From Dicyema japonicum (lineage: Eukaryota; Animalia; Dicyemida): a DNA stretch of 64,000 nucleotides. Below are positions 37,930-50,288 of the stretch, in pieces (the first letter of the stretch is position 1; every line of letters begins with the position of its first letter). A program made the translations under genes and the position numbers. Location: NCBI GenBank assembly GCA_011109175.1, contig RDEW01000042.1, forward strand, positions 254,504 through 318,503, read 5' to 3'. The notes below the pieces were generated by a model, which worked only from the letters and a program-made list of their open reading frames with translations, had not been told where the DNA came from and searched no databases.

Positions 37930-40796
37930 ATCCCCCTCATCCTTCCTAACAGAAGTAGTGTACTACGATGACAATCACACAAACAGTAATAATCCCACGT
38001 GTCAACATCTTTCGAAGTTTAATATTACTCTTAATGTGATAGGGGTGACGGAGGCTGGCATTCTCAACCAATTTCCATGAAATTGTGATCAACGTCGAAA
38101 TAAGATGGTAGTAAATCTTCTCGAAACCATAATTTCCGGGATTTACTACATGGAGAGTCTCCACGTAGGAAGAGAGTAACTCGAAAGGACTTGGATGAGT
38201 CAAAAAACAACCAGATGTATTTTCTGAAGGAAAATAGGGATTTTTGGAAGTTGAATTGGTCGTAAAGTCGTTTACTGTGGAAGAATATGTCCTCACAAGA
38301 CTGGTGACCATCAAGCACGTGGGTGAATGATTGAAGTAGATATTCCTCCATCAGTTTCCATTCTTCTGGGACCGAGCATGTCAACAAGGATTCAAATATA
38401 GCAGACGGTCGCTTGTTGTACTTTCCAAAAGACTTTGCTGTCTGTAGTCTCCCAAACAAAATTCTAACGTAAAAATCAGCGACTACCGGGTAATAACGGA
38501 GATGACACAACTCTGGTCTTCAACATGAATATTCCACGTGGTCAGCAAATCCTTAATCTCAAAAACACTGGTCTTGTCGTCAATCAGACTCTCCAGCAAA
38601 CTCCTATAATTATCCAACATTGAGAGAAAGTAACAGAATAGAGCAGTCAAGGCCGACTTTCTAACGACCCCTACAGAGTGAGACAACAGCTACAATCATA
38701 CAAACCACCACCTTGAAATGTACACAATCCTTGTTGTAAGGAATTCTGTGTTTTGAGAATATCCTTATAAAGGCGTCCAATTTAGCCAGCAAAAGTCTAT
38801 CATTAATGAACAGGGAACTTGTAGTTTGGAGAATGTTCATGTTCATACTCCACAGGAAACTGAGTGAGGTCCTCGGTGACGGTATCAATTGTCTGGGAGG
38901 TGTTAACAGCTGATTGGTTAAAGTGAAATATCAGTTCATTGCAATATTTCTTCGGAATTTTCCTATCCATTTTGTGGACGAGTTGCCAAAGCTGATAACT
39001 GGACAGAATATTGAGTTTAATATGAGATGAGACACGTGTCTTTTAAACAAGACTATTGTAAAAACCACAGACGTCCATGGCATTCAATTCTGTGCATTAA
39101 ATTACCATAAACCTCTGTAAGCGGAAATTTCATGTTCCGCGAAATTCACGACTTGCATGAAGACCGGCCAAAACTTGAAAAATCGACAAGAAAACTGCTG
39201 AAAAATGATCTTGAAAAATTCGTTCCTCAAAATCACCAAGTTACAGCTCACATTGGCCATCAACATCCTCAGATATACCTCACAATACATAAACCCTCCA
39301 ACCTGCACAACCCATTCTTCCACATCAGTCATGGACTCAAGGTTAAGTTGGTTGAACAGCACCAGCTTGTCCCTGTATGAGTAAAAGGTACCCTCCATTG
39401 CATCAGCATTCATCATTTCCGATATTAACGAGACTTGTGACAACAGTTTGAGGGCATGATGACGAATATTATTATTGGGGGATGAAACAATCGGAATTAT
39501 TGAATTTACTATAACGGATATGTCCCCCGTCCCGACCACGTAAACTTACCCAAATTTATCAAAACTTAAAGCAAATCCTCCTTTTTTTCCAACAAATCGC
39601 AGTAAATACTCCATAATAGTAGACACAATATCTCAGAACTCAGCCTTACACAAACATCTGTGATGACTGAGAATATCACACTGTCGTACCCAACCACGTG
39701 TATCATATTCTCGAGTAAATTTAATATGTTATCACAGTCACTGAAAAAGCGAAAGCACTGACAAACACGCCCACAGCTGCTCATTAGGGAATCCACTGAG
39801 GGAGTCGAGGACATTGATAACGTAGTCTTTAAGAATACTTAACTCCTCAGTCAGTACCAATGGAATGCCATTGTAGACGAACTCAGCCATTATGGATACT
39901 ATCTCTGTCGCTGACTTAATCCCACGTGTGTAGTTACGTGTTAATACACGAATTATTAGGTCTCCTTGCACATTAGGGTCACCAATGCCTCAGTAAAAGT
40001 CAACCTTCTGAGCCATATCAGAGTACACAATCTGCCATATTAAAAAGTCACTACATTATCCAGGATATCATTCATGGGGTACTCGTTCACCACACGAATA
40101 AGAAGATCCACCAAAAGTCCACTAGTACTGCGCAAAAAGTGGGGGGACGTTCTATGCTAAAATAACTTAATACCTTAATAACTGAATGAGGGAGTCTGAT
40201 CTGTTTGTAATGGCCACCTGTTTGTCAGGACTGCAGTCTTTCATCTCCTCCTACAATATAACGGCGGAAAACCATAAAAATGTCAAATAAAGTGAAAATA
40301 CTGTCCTTTTTTGATAATCGTTTTAGCTTTCCCAACAAACTGGCCAATCAATTGCTCTTTCAAGGGGAGTAGCTCTCTCACAACCACCTCTGCAAGTGAA
40401 TTGAGAGACCCCTTGACTCCAACTATTGAGAATCCTAACACGTATGCTGTTATATTGACGTCTAACTTAACCAAATTAACAACAAATCCGTGAATGTCAC
40501 CGCTCTAACCATTTGACAACGAAAATTTACTTTTCTCAGTAAAAAGGCGACACATTCCACCGCCGAGTCCCTGACATACTCTGGATGTCGACTCCCAAAG
40601 AGCGGAGTCATAGCCTGGAGACAGGAAAATTCATTTCCATCCAAATACTTCCAGCTGTGAACCAAAATCAGGCCCAACAAGTTCACGTATTGGTCGCTTA
40701 CCTATCCTTAATTCGAATTGGGAGACACGTTTGGAATGTTTAATAAACTGAAATGACTAGTAATATTACCTTTAGTCGTTCTTTTTCCAGAATCAT
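37930..40796 (-). CDS. UTP20: UTP20, 5' portion (HEAT repeats; short introns; some frameshifts)
   Basis: ATG at 40796, MILEKERLK|FIKHSKRVSQ; PEYVRDSAVECVAFLLRK resembles IRNFAAESFTFLMRK; SSPNNNIRHHALKLL..YRDKLV; ends at the N at 37929. Confidence 0.8.
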
Positions 40797-40918
40797 CAAC
40801 CAAGTGTTTAAGTTTAAAGAAAATTAACTAATTAAAAAAAATATTTTTTAACTTTCGAAATTTATTAATTTAAATTTAAATAATAATAATAAATTGTTTT
40901 TTTTTAATTTCAAAAATA

Positions 40919-43865
40919 CAGTAAACCCTCATTAATCCGAACTTCAATAATCCAAAAACTTCAAAATCCGAATTTTTTGATGAGTCAGTAAAATTTTACG
41001 AAGATTCCATACAAACAGGCTTCAATAAACCGAAATTTCATTAGCCGCAATCTGATAGACATTTATTAAAAATTTCGGATTAATTTATTTTGTTTTTATG
41101 TACAATTAATTAATTTAATATTGAAATATAACAGCACTACATGTTTAAAAAAGGACTGAAATTATATTGTCTTGAAAAGAATGATTTGTGAAAAAATGAC
41201 TCTCATAGATTTATCCCATATCTGTGAAATAAAAATGAACTTTTATTTGGGAATTTCGACACTTTCAGAAATTCTTAAAAATCGTGAAAATGGGAAAACT
41301 GAAATTTTGATTAACAAGTAAGACAGGCAGCTGGTAGACATCATCAACTTGATAATTCACTTGTTGAATGGATTTTAAGAATGGAAGCAATCAATGGTTT
41401 TATTACTGAAAATATCATTTTAAAAGCTAAAATATTTGGTGAAAAGTTAGGAATCAACGATCCTGAATTTAGTAAAGGACGCTACAAAGATTTAAAAAAA
41501 GATTTAATCTTAAACTATAGTTCTTCACGGAGAAGCTATAAATAAATTTCAATATGATTAAGTTAAAAGAATTTGAGCCTGAAGTATTGCTAGACACAGA
41601 TGAAACTGGATTTTTTTTAATCCTTCCCTTCGAGAACAAATTCATATTAAGAGAGAAAAGGCATAAAGCTATCAAAAGTGAGGATCACTATAGCTCTTTG
41701 TGCCAATGCAACTGGAACAATAAAAATTAAAACTTTTGTTATTGGGCATAGTAAAAGACCAAGATTTTTAAAAGATTTTGATTTTTAAAAATATTGTACT
41801 ATCAAATAAAAGGGCTTGGATGACAACAGAACTTTTTAAGGTTTTCATCAGTCATCTTAGTGATGAATCAAAATGTTACGGAAACAAGTACTTTGTACTT
41901 ACTGGTACACAACATAACATTTTTTATTAAAAACCAAGACATAGCGATAGTTATGGGGGATTACGTTATTAAAAATCCTGCCGTGATGCCTGGATTTTTC
42001 GCAGTTTTATTCCCCCTTTAGCTTCACAGTATCTTCTGAATGAACGTGTCATCCACTTTGGTCCTCAGAAAAAAACCCTCAATCCGTTCCACTACCACGC
42101 TCATTACTGACTTGATCAGGGTTTCCTCCTCATCTAGTGGTTACTTAACCTTTATATGAAAGGCCAGATTGATTCCCATCCTCCTCGTCTAGTCCAAAAA
42201 ATGATTATTCTTTCTCTTTTGGGCGAAAAATACCATCCATTACATCCGTAGACAAGAGAGGGCAGAATAATTCTTTCAAAAAATAAAGATAAACGCTTCC
42301 TTCTTCAAATTGAGTTTTCATGGACACAGAAGTGCTTGGTTAGCCTTTTTCATTTGACACCTTTAACGTCTTCTCCTCTACATCCAAAACAGACACCCAA
42401 ATAACGTAAATGATCAACATTGATGATACCACTCAATGTGTACTCCTGTTGAAAAAACTTTCTATAATGTGAAATTCTCATGGCTTTTGACTTTTCCATT
42501 GAGAGACTTAAGCCACGGGATTTACACCACCAGAGAATTTCCTCCAAAAATCCACGTAACCTTCCCTCCGACACTACCGGATTTTTCGAGATGTCTGATA
42601 TCAGTAAGTCGTCCGCGTAAATAATCACATTAGTACTAGGATTCATGGGAGCCGGAAAATCTCTCATAAATATATCAAATTGCAGAGTACTCAAGAGTGA
42701 GCCTTGTGGCACTTTCCTCTTCATAACAATCTTTTCAGAAGTAAATCCTCCACATCTCACAAATGATCTTCTCCCTGTCAGAAGATTTCTTAACCAGACA
42801 CTCAGCTGATATTTGAAATTCCTGGCCTTCTTAATCTCAGAGTTCAAGATGAAAAAACAATCTCCAAATGATCTCCCTGAGCAAAAGCTCCATTGTTCCT
42901 TGCTGAGAAAATTCCGTGATTCAATGTGACGTTTAATTTTTTTATAAATCAGCCTTTCCATGATCTTTGAAATTGAGTTTATCAGACTAATAGATATATA
43001 ACCCAAGGGATCCGTCCTCGATTTTTCTTGTTTTGAGAACATCCGAATAATTGAATCTTTCAAAGTTTGAGGTACATATCCCATATTGAGACTTGCTCCA
43101 AATAGGTAACAGAGGATTTCAAAAAGGCAATCCGAACCCTCCTTGAATAACTTAAAGCGTATCCCGTCCATTCCAGGAGCTTTATCTCGGCACTCCATAA
43201 TAGTTTGTTTTACCTCTTCTTTAGTAATTCTTATTGATAATGCTCCAAGCCACCTTTGACGAAATTTTTTGAAAACATTGACATTTTATTTTTTACAAAA
43301 ACACAACTCTCATCTTCAACCAATGAATGCAGTAATAATCAAGAACTTTAAGCATTATTATAGAAAAAGGCTTATTTTGGATTATATGGAAGCCCTTGAT
43401 TTGGAAAAAGAATTTTTTGTTAATTTACGGAAGGCCATCGCATGGAACAAAGTACCAGAAGTCACAATAAAAATTGTTTCAAAAAAGACAGGGACAATAA
43501 AATGTCTTAATTCACATGCTAATGAAGATATAATGCAAGATCCTGTTTTTGGTGTTTACAAAAAATAACTTGAACTTGTTAATGAAGAAGAAATAACTCA
43601 TACAGAAAGCCTCGACGAGAACGAAATCGTCATTCCTTCTGAAGATTATAATATCTACGAGGAAATTGTGCTGCTGAATATGGAGAATTTTCGCCATTGA
43701 ATTATTAAATTCACTTAACATTATAGTAGAAACTACAAAAATCAATAAATTTTCAGAAATGATAAATCTGGAACATTAAAAAATTTAAATACAATAAAGA
43801 AAAAGTTATAAGTGTTAATTCATAGGAATAAGACAGACAACGATTTATGACTTCATTAAATAAAA
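40919..43865 (+). mobile_element. Degenerate Tigger/pogo DNA transposon interrupted by a LINE
   Basis: TA then cagtaaaccctc TIR at 40919; LQRFKKRFNL, DETGFF, ITIALCANATG, VIGHSKRPR; resumes LIDNAPSH and SHLQPMNAVIIKNFKHYYRK after 43225; right TIR not found. Confidence 0.85.
41930..43225 (-). mobile_element. LINE reverse transcriptase fragment inserted in the Tigger element
   Basis: ORF 42350-43198: KAPGMDGI, ISLINSISKIMER, VPQGSLLS, YADD, RYLGV. Confidence 0.85.
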
Positions 43866-44439
43866 CATAATTTTTTGATTTTAAATAATTTGTTACATTT
43901 ATTTATTCTGATATATTAAAACATAAAAATTAATTAAAATTGAATCAACAGCATTCTTTCAACGTGGTTACAACTATGAGGTCGGAGTGTTTATTTGGCA
44001 TTCGTTATTCCGATATCCAGTAACTCCTGCTCACTGCATATCCAGACTGTACACTTGCATTTGCTTCTTACTTGGTTGGATCCCACCCTCATCAGGAATC
44101 CAAGTTTTCTGAGTATTTGAAAAGAACTAGGAAATCCATTGGACGATGAAATTGTTTACTCATTGGAACGCTGATTGCTTCTAATGAAGGACATCCGGTC
44201 GAATTTTTTTTAGACATCCTGCAAGGCTCTACTGTTCTACAGTTTGGACACTGAAGACCACGTAAAAAGAATTCGGTAGATTATTGCCTTTTCACCATCT
44301 ACCACAAACGCTCATTGAGAAAGCACCTCTCACAAGACAACGAAAACTCCAAAGACCCATATAAAATTTTTTACTGTTGTTCTCGGTTGATAGTGCAACT
44401 AAAATAAAATAACATAAAATTTTTTCCATGGAGTCTTTA

Positions 44440-45570
44440 GAACTAAATTACTCGTACGAATATTTTGAATAGAGATCCCCCGATGTTATTGATGTCACAA
44501 ACAAGCGACAATCTCTCCATTTGGCCTTTTTGAGTTTCCATACCTAATTTTGGCAATCGAGAAAGCCGAAGAGGTTTTTGTTGGATCAGATTGCGTTCTG
44601 AATGGAGGTCGTATACAACTTCCTCTGCTGCATCTCTGGCAGGTTATGTGAGCAAAGACTGATGTCTGAGTTCAGTAGTAAACTGAATTTTGTTATTGAT
44701 TATAGTTAATAGACCACCATCGTTTCCGCTTCAACTTGAGCCTACTAGGAATAGCCAGTTTTGGATGATAGTTTGTAAGAAGGGAGAAGTTGGTTTCTTG
44801 TAAGGCAGCGATATCCACGTAGTTCGAATTCATAAAAGAGCGGTTTCATTTAATGTCGTAGACAGTTTATATTATGTTTTAGGATGATTACCATAAAATT
44901 GGATGGAACTGGATTTTCTTAAATGTCTCCAGATTTGATGAGGAAGAGTGGGAGAGTTACAAGCAGGCGGCTCTTTAATACGTCATAATTGGATGAGGAA
45001 AAAAGGCGTGATTCTTTATTTCCTTTATTATCGAAATGTCAGAACGCTACTATGTGGAGATGAACCATATGACGTTCAAAATAACCGTCACGTGTACTTA
45101 ATGTATTTTTTGGTAATTTCGGCAACCTAATGTGGTCGATTCCTAAGCAAGATTTCTATTTGTACTACATTTGAAGAGGACGGTCTTTGAAGGATATCGT
45201 GGTTTAATTGTCAATGTGAGCACTTTTTACAAATTCTGAAACCCCAAGCACTCACGATCGTCTTCCTGGCAGATGCTTGTAGGGGGTAAGTCCTATATCA
45301 GGATTTGGAGGGGTTAGTCATATGAGCCGAAAAATTTCTGCAAAATGTTATGATCTTATGAATGGTTGCAGATATTGAGGTAGGTTCCTCCCTCAAATAA
45401 ATTGAGGATAAATCATCAGATTCCAGGTTCTCCAATATACGACGTTTTAGGATGTCATCGTAACTAAATTCTACAGGGGGTGCCTGGGTTAACCTTTCCA
45501 CGTGACAAGTACACAGATTGCAGGATCGTAAAAACAAGAAAATTGAACCAATGTGTGAATAGAGGGAAAA
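44440..45570 (-). mobile_element. Degraded LINE RT fragments
   Basis: NPSKS.YR.YP..RKTI-like RT N-terminal remnants with stops. Confidence 0.4.
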
Positions 45571-45574
45571 TTGT

Positions 45575-45752
45575 GGTTTTTGAAAAATTCTCGCCTGAAC
45601 CCCACCTGCGTGGATGACATCTTTCTCTCCAACATTGCAGGGACAGCAACTCACCCAGGATCAGCATCTGAAAAGACTGAGACCCTAAAGAAAAAGAAAT
45701 AAAAATGTCTTGGTAGACAGTTCATTTTTGTACCAGTCGCCGTGGAAACATA
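45575..45752 (+). mobile_element. CRE-like RLE fragment
   Basis: TCVDDIFLSNI..PGSASEKTETLKKKK..FIFVPVAVET. Confidence 0.6.
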
Positions 45753-46424
45753 ATGTTTTTAAATTGTGTGTTTCAGCTGTGTCTCGTCAACCTATAGGAG
45801 CTGATCACTGACCCCGCTGAACCAAATCGGATCGCTTATCGTAAAGAGGGAAGAAGATAAAAGGGAAAGGTGCTAGGTTGGGCGCTTTTCCTTACAGACT
45901 GTCAGCATGAGCCGTTCTTGTAAATGGTTACAAGGATGGTATGAAACTGATGGAGAAAATAAATTTGTGTAGCTACTATACAAAACTTGAAGATATACAA
46001 TAAAATTGATTGAATTTAAAATCCAGAATTTACCAACATCATATGGAACAAGATGAATAGGAGATATTTTGCGTCAGAAGTGGGGTTTTCAACAGAGATA
46101 TCTACTGTCCCGTTGTAATAAGTGGTCATTTTAATTAATCGTTAGAAGAGAGTAAGTCAAATTTGGTGTCTTTTCTGGATTCGCTGGGGAAATCGCTCAA
46201 AAATAAGTTACGCAAGATTGGAGAAAAGGGGGAAGCTTGTGGAACAACGTAAGCTATGAATTTAGTGATTGACTTAGCGGACTTGATAAAACTCTCTTCT
46301 GGCGCTGAAAAAGTTAGCAGTCCTTTTTGGATTCCATTGGATATCCGATGTATAGATCTTTCTTGGTAACTTTCTTGAGATTGAGACAAAAGCCTTTTGT
46401 ATGCTAATCTAACATATAACTGAC

Positions 46425-46750
46425 TTTTGATGACCCGGTTTGAATTTCAGGACATCCAAGATAAAATTAACGTTTTGGAAATCATTGAATCGAGGTGGAG
46501 ACTCTTTTGTCACGTACTTCGTATGGACGAGAACAGACCACCTTTAGAGGAAGGTGCCTCTGCAAATATAGTAATAGAACAATACTTCAACAATGAGAAC
46601 AGACCTCCTTTAGAGGAAAGCCAAGGGTCACTCTCCCTGTTACCCTAACCAAGGATCTTAAGATGATTGGAAAGAAACCCGAGACGTCCTGCTGGAGACG
46701 TCTGTCGAAGAGGATCTCGTGTGGAATAAACGGCACCTTAGTTAATATAA
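46425..46750 (+). mobile_element. RTE-like ORF 3' end
   Basis: IIESRWRLFCHVLRMDE..A..YF..RG..R..LP; homologous to 62905-63380. Confidence 0.6.
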
Positions 46751-46944
46751 CATAGGGGAATAATTCTACTTTATGGATACGAAAGATGGATGAACTGTTT
46801 AATCCGATCAACTGTGTGGTGGAGGAGAGGATAAATGGTTTCACGATGAAAACCAAAATACGTATCAGTAAGGCCAAATAAGCAAAGAAGGAACTGGAAA
46901 ATTGACCAAGTCACAAGGCACGATTTGATTTCATATGTGTATAA

Positions 46945-47690
46945 TTATTAACATAATAATAATATAAATTGTAATTAATTAACACTATGAAGGCTGAATT
47001 CTTGTCCTTTTTAGGCATTGGCCCTTTGTATCACAATCACTGTTGCACTCGTATACCACTTGAGAAAGCAAATCACTAGAGAAGACAGCTGTTTCTCCTG
47101 GTTCCTCTTCTACGTCACCTCCAAGTTCAGGGCTTCTTGAGATAAGATGATTAGTCACTTTTGTAACCTCATCATCATAGTTATCAACTTTCAGCTCATG
47201 TCTATGCTCGATTATCATGCTCTCTAAAGTTTTTTAATCGTCATTGATTGGATGTACGCCCTTGTAGAGACATCCACGTTGAGTCTTTCCATATAGGACT
47301 TGTAGTACTTTTTTACTACTCCATCCCATGTCAAAACAATTGTCACCTTGGCCTTGTGAATTTGTGCTAGTTCTCCTGCCAGAAGATCGTATTTGTGGAG
47401 TTTTTCCACTTCAACATGTTTTAGCAAATCTTGGGAAGTGATCCCTACTTCTATTAGTATTATTTCGTTCTTGGATTTATCGTGTACGAAAATATCAGGT
47501 TTGTTATTTTTAACTTGTATATCCGTTTGTAGTGTTGCATCGACTCGTATTTCAATTTTACTGTTTGACACAATCGATTGGACTGTATGCGTCATTACCC
47601 TCTTGGTTCTTTTTATTCCAAACTGACGACATAGTTGTAAATATATACAATTTCTTATGTCGCCGCAATTCCGCATCGCTAAGTAGCATC
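46945..47690 (-). mobile_element. R4/Dong-like retrotransposon, second 5'-truncated copy
   Basis: HTVQSIV..EIRVD..KPDIFVHDK..LIEVGITSQD..EVEKLHKYDLLA..LTWDGVV..YIQS; (TTA)-rich 3' end. Confidence 0.85.
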
Positions 47691-48292
47691 CTTAAAATCA
47701 TTAAAAACCTTAAAATTTAATAAAGTTATTTTTATTTTTTTTAAATACAATAAACATTTTAATTTGCACGTTTTTTGCTGTTGTTAGTTGGTTGTTTATC
47801 TCAGCTATGATAATGACTGTTTTCTGATTTTGAATGTTGAAATATTCGCCCCTATCTGAGCTGAGTCACATTTATCTAAATTTTATTACTAATATTCTCA
47901 TATCAATAGTTAGTTGGTCATAAACATTCACATGTTTCCCATAAGCATATTAATTATATGGGTGTCGCTTGTGCCGCACTCCACACTTGTAACATTGTCT
48001 TCTAATTGCGTAAATACCTCGTGTTTGGCTGGCCTGTCATCAAGGGGCGCTCTCTGAGAAATCGGAAATGCAATTTCGTCCAGACTTGGAGATTCTCAGG
48101 ACTGGCATTGGTTCCGTGAATGTAACAAAATTTTCATGGGTCGCGGCAATCCTCAGTATATATTGGTAGGTTGTCTCTCATTTGTTTCCTTTCTCATAAA
48201 ACTAAATTCTTATTTGATTTACTTAGCATATAAGCGAAACACGTAATTTTTGACATAATTCGAGGATTACTTCCCGAACTATATTGTTTTTC

Positions 48293-48530
48293 GATGGATG
48301 GACAGTGTAATAACTTCCCGACCGAAATCCAGCTGGTTACGGAGTCGAATCACGCCGCTGTCCAATCAATCAAGGTTACACGTATCTACGATGTTTCCGG
48401 TTTGACGAGTGACTCTCGTCATTGACTTATCACTGCCGAATGGGATTGTCTTGTGAGACACACACAGGCAAAAAGAAAGTAACGAAAAGTCAAGAACATT
48501 TTCGATGTCTTTGATTAGCTAGCGTTTTTC
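48293..48530 (+). mobile_element. SINE family 1, diverged copy C
   Basis: gagtcgaatcacgccgctgt..gtatctacgatg..ttgacgagtgactctcgtca..ttgtcttgtgagacacacac. Confidence 0.6.
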
Positions 48531-48861
48531 TTTTGTAAAAATAAAAAAAAATAAAGCTAAAAAATTAGCATAGCTGTTCTTACTATTTATAAAATGTGAG
48601 TTCTGCCTAAACTGTTTAATTAATGGAAACATACTACTCCTCGACGGAAGGTATATTATATATCAACCTTCTTACAAACGGACAGGCCCCTAATTGTTTT
48701 TTAACCAAAAATGTTCTTCAAATAATTTTGGATAGCGTACAACATTGCTGACTCTCATTAAGACAATAATCATTAGATTGGAAATAATAGGACAATTTAT
48801 AAACAAAATAGTAGGACATCTTAAAAAAAAATTAAGACAATTTCATTATTTTTTCAAATTA

Positions 48862-49030
48862 TTATTGCTCCTGCGACGCTGGAAATCTTGAGTCGTCTAG
48901 GGAATCGGATCGCAACACGAACAGGATACCCTCGTGAGCACTGCTGGTTATTTGAGGGAATCTCGCTCGCCATCCTGTGAGGAAATAGCCACGCAGTCAG
49001 GGAAGCTTCTATATAACCGTTTACTCTTTT
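48862..49030 (+). mobile_element. CRE-like element 3' fragment
   Basis: IAPATLEILSRLGNRIA..PREHCWLFEGISLAIL*GNSHAVR followed by a T/A tail. Confidence 0.75.
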
Positions 49031-49175
49031 TTCTTTTCTTTTTTCAAATAAAAAAAATTTTGATTAAAAATTATTTATTTTTCGCAATTATCGAAATATC
49101 GCATATGCTGAATCTGGGATTTAATTTATTCTGAAAATAACCAACCTAAAAAAACTTAAAAACTTCTTTACAAAA

Positions 49176-49640
49176 GGGATTAGGAGTTAGGAGTAGGGGT
49201 TAACTAGTTCGCCTTTGTGACCTGGACACTTCTTACCACTTTTATCTTCATTATTAATTTGCGTTCTTGCGTAAGAATCCATAAATCCTGTTTTCCAAAA
49301 TTAGCTTCACTGGGGCAAGAATCTTGTCCTCTTCAGTGCTCAGGAGATCGCGTAGTCTCTCTCCAGGGCTAACTTAATGGCTGATCTTCTAGACTTTTTC
49401 AGTAGTGACAATATTCTATCGTTCTTCGTGGATAGTTACCACGCTTCGCATTCATAAAACACTTTCGCTTGGATTATTCTCATAAAAATAAAGAGGAAGG
49501 TCTCCGTACTGACGGTCATTTTGCGTACGCAGAGGAGCGCTTGCTGACCTTTTTTCCTACTCAGCTTGATGTCCTCCAGAAATGAGCCTTCCAGGTCGAC
49601 TGCTATACCAAGGTATCGAAGCGAACTCTTCTAGTGTATA
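49176..49640 (-). mobile_element. LINE 3' fragment
   Basis: LRYLGI near 49605-49625; 3' end shared with 29907-29967. Confidence 0.5.
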
Positions 49641-49649
49641 AGGCTGTAA

Positions 49650-50280
49650 GTGACCAACCTAAGAAATCATTTTAGGACAATTTATATAAAAATTAACAAA
49701 AAATATATATTGTCAGAGAAAATATAAATTAACATGAAATATTTTTCAATATTGTTTTCATATAAATTTCTGTTTTATTCAATCGGGATCAAGATTGTTC
49801 CACTACGATTTAATAAGCGGACATGTATCATTGGATTTATTGATTTGTTAGTCATTTCAACAACTTCCATTAAGTCATTCTTTTCGTACTTTTCTATAAA
49901 ATAATTTTCAATATACCCTTTACATTAATAAAACCGATGTTTCAAAATATGCACAAATTTCTCTGATTGAATAAAGTGAGTTTTGCAATTTTTTCCAAGT
50001 TAGTGATATTTGGTAATTTCAAAGAATTCATGAAGCAAATTTTTATTCATTATTGATTGCTTCACATTTGCAACAATAATCCCATATTGTTTAGATGATT
50101 TTACTAACTTAGAGCACAATAAATCTTTTTTTATTTTCGACAAAATAAATCTCCTTTAGGTGTTCTTGTAACTAAGCATGAGTTTTTGATAATTGTTTTT
50201 GAAGTTCGTTACTTATTTTTGCCTCTGAGTTCTAATAGTTTTAATATTTGAGAAAATACAAACCTGTGATTAAATCAAGA
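49650..50280 (-). mobile_element. Older degenerate hAT/CGGBP-like transposase relic hosting the next element
   Basis: RTPKGDLFC and KNRNLYENNIEKYF remnants. Confidence 0.35.
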
Positions 50281-50288
50281 CCGATGAT

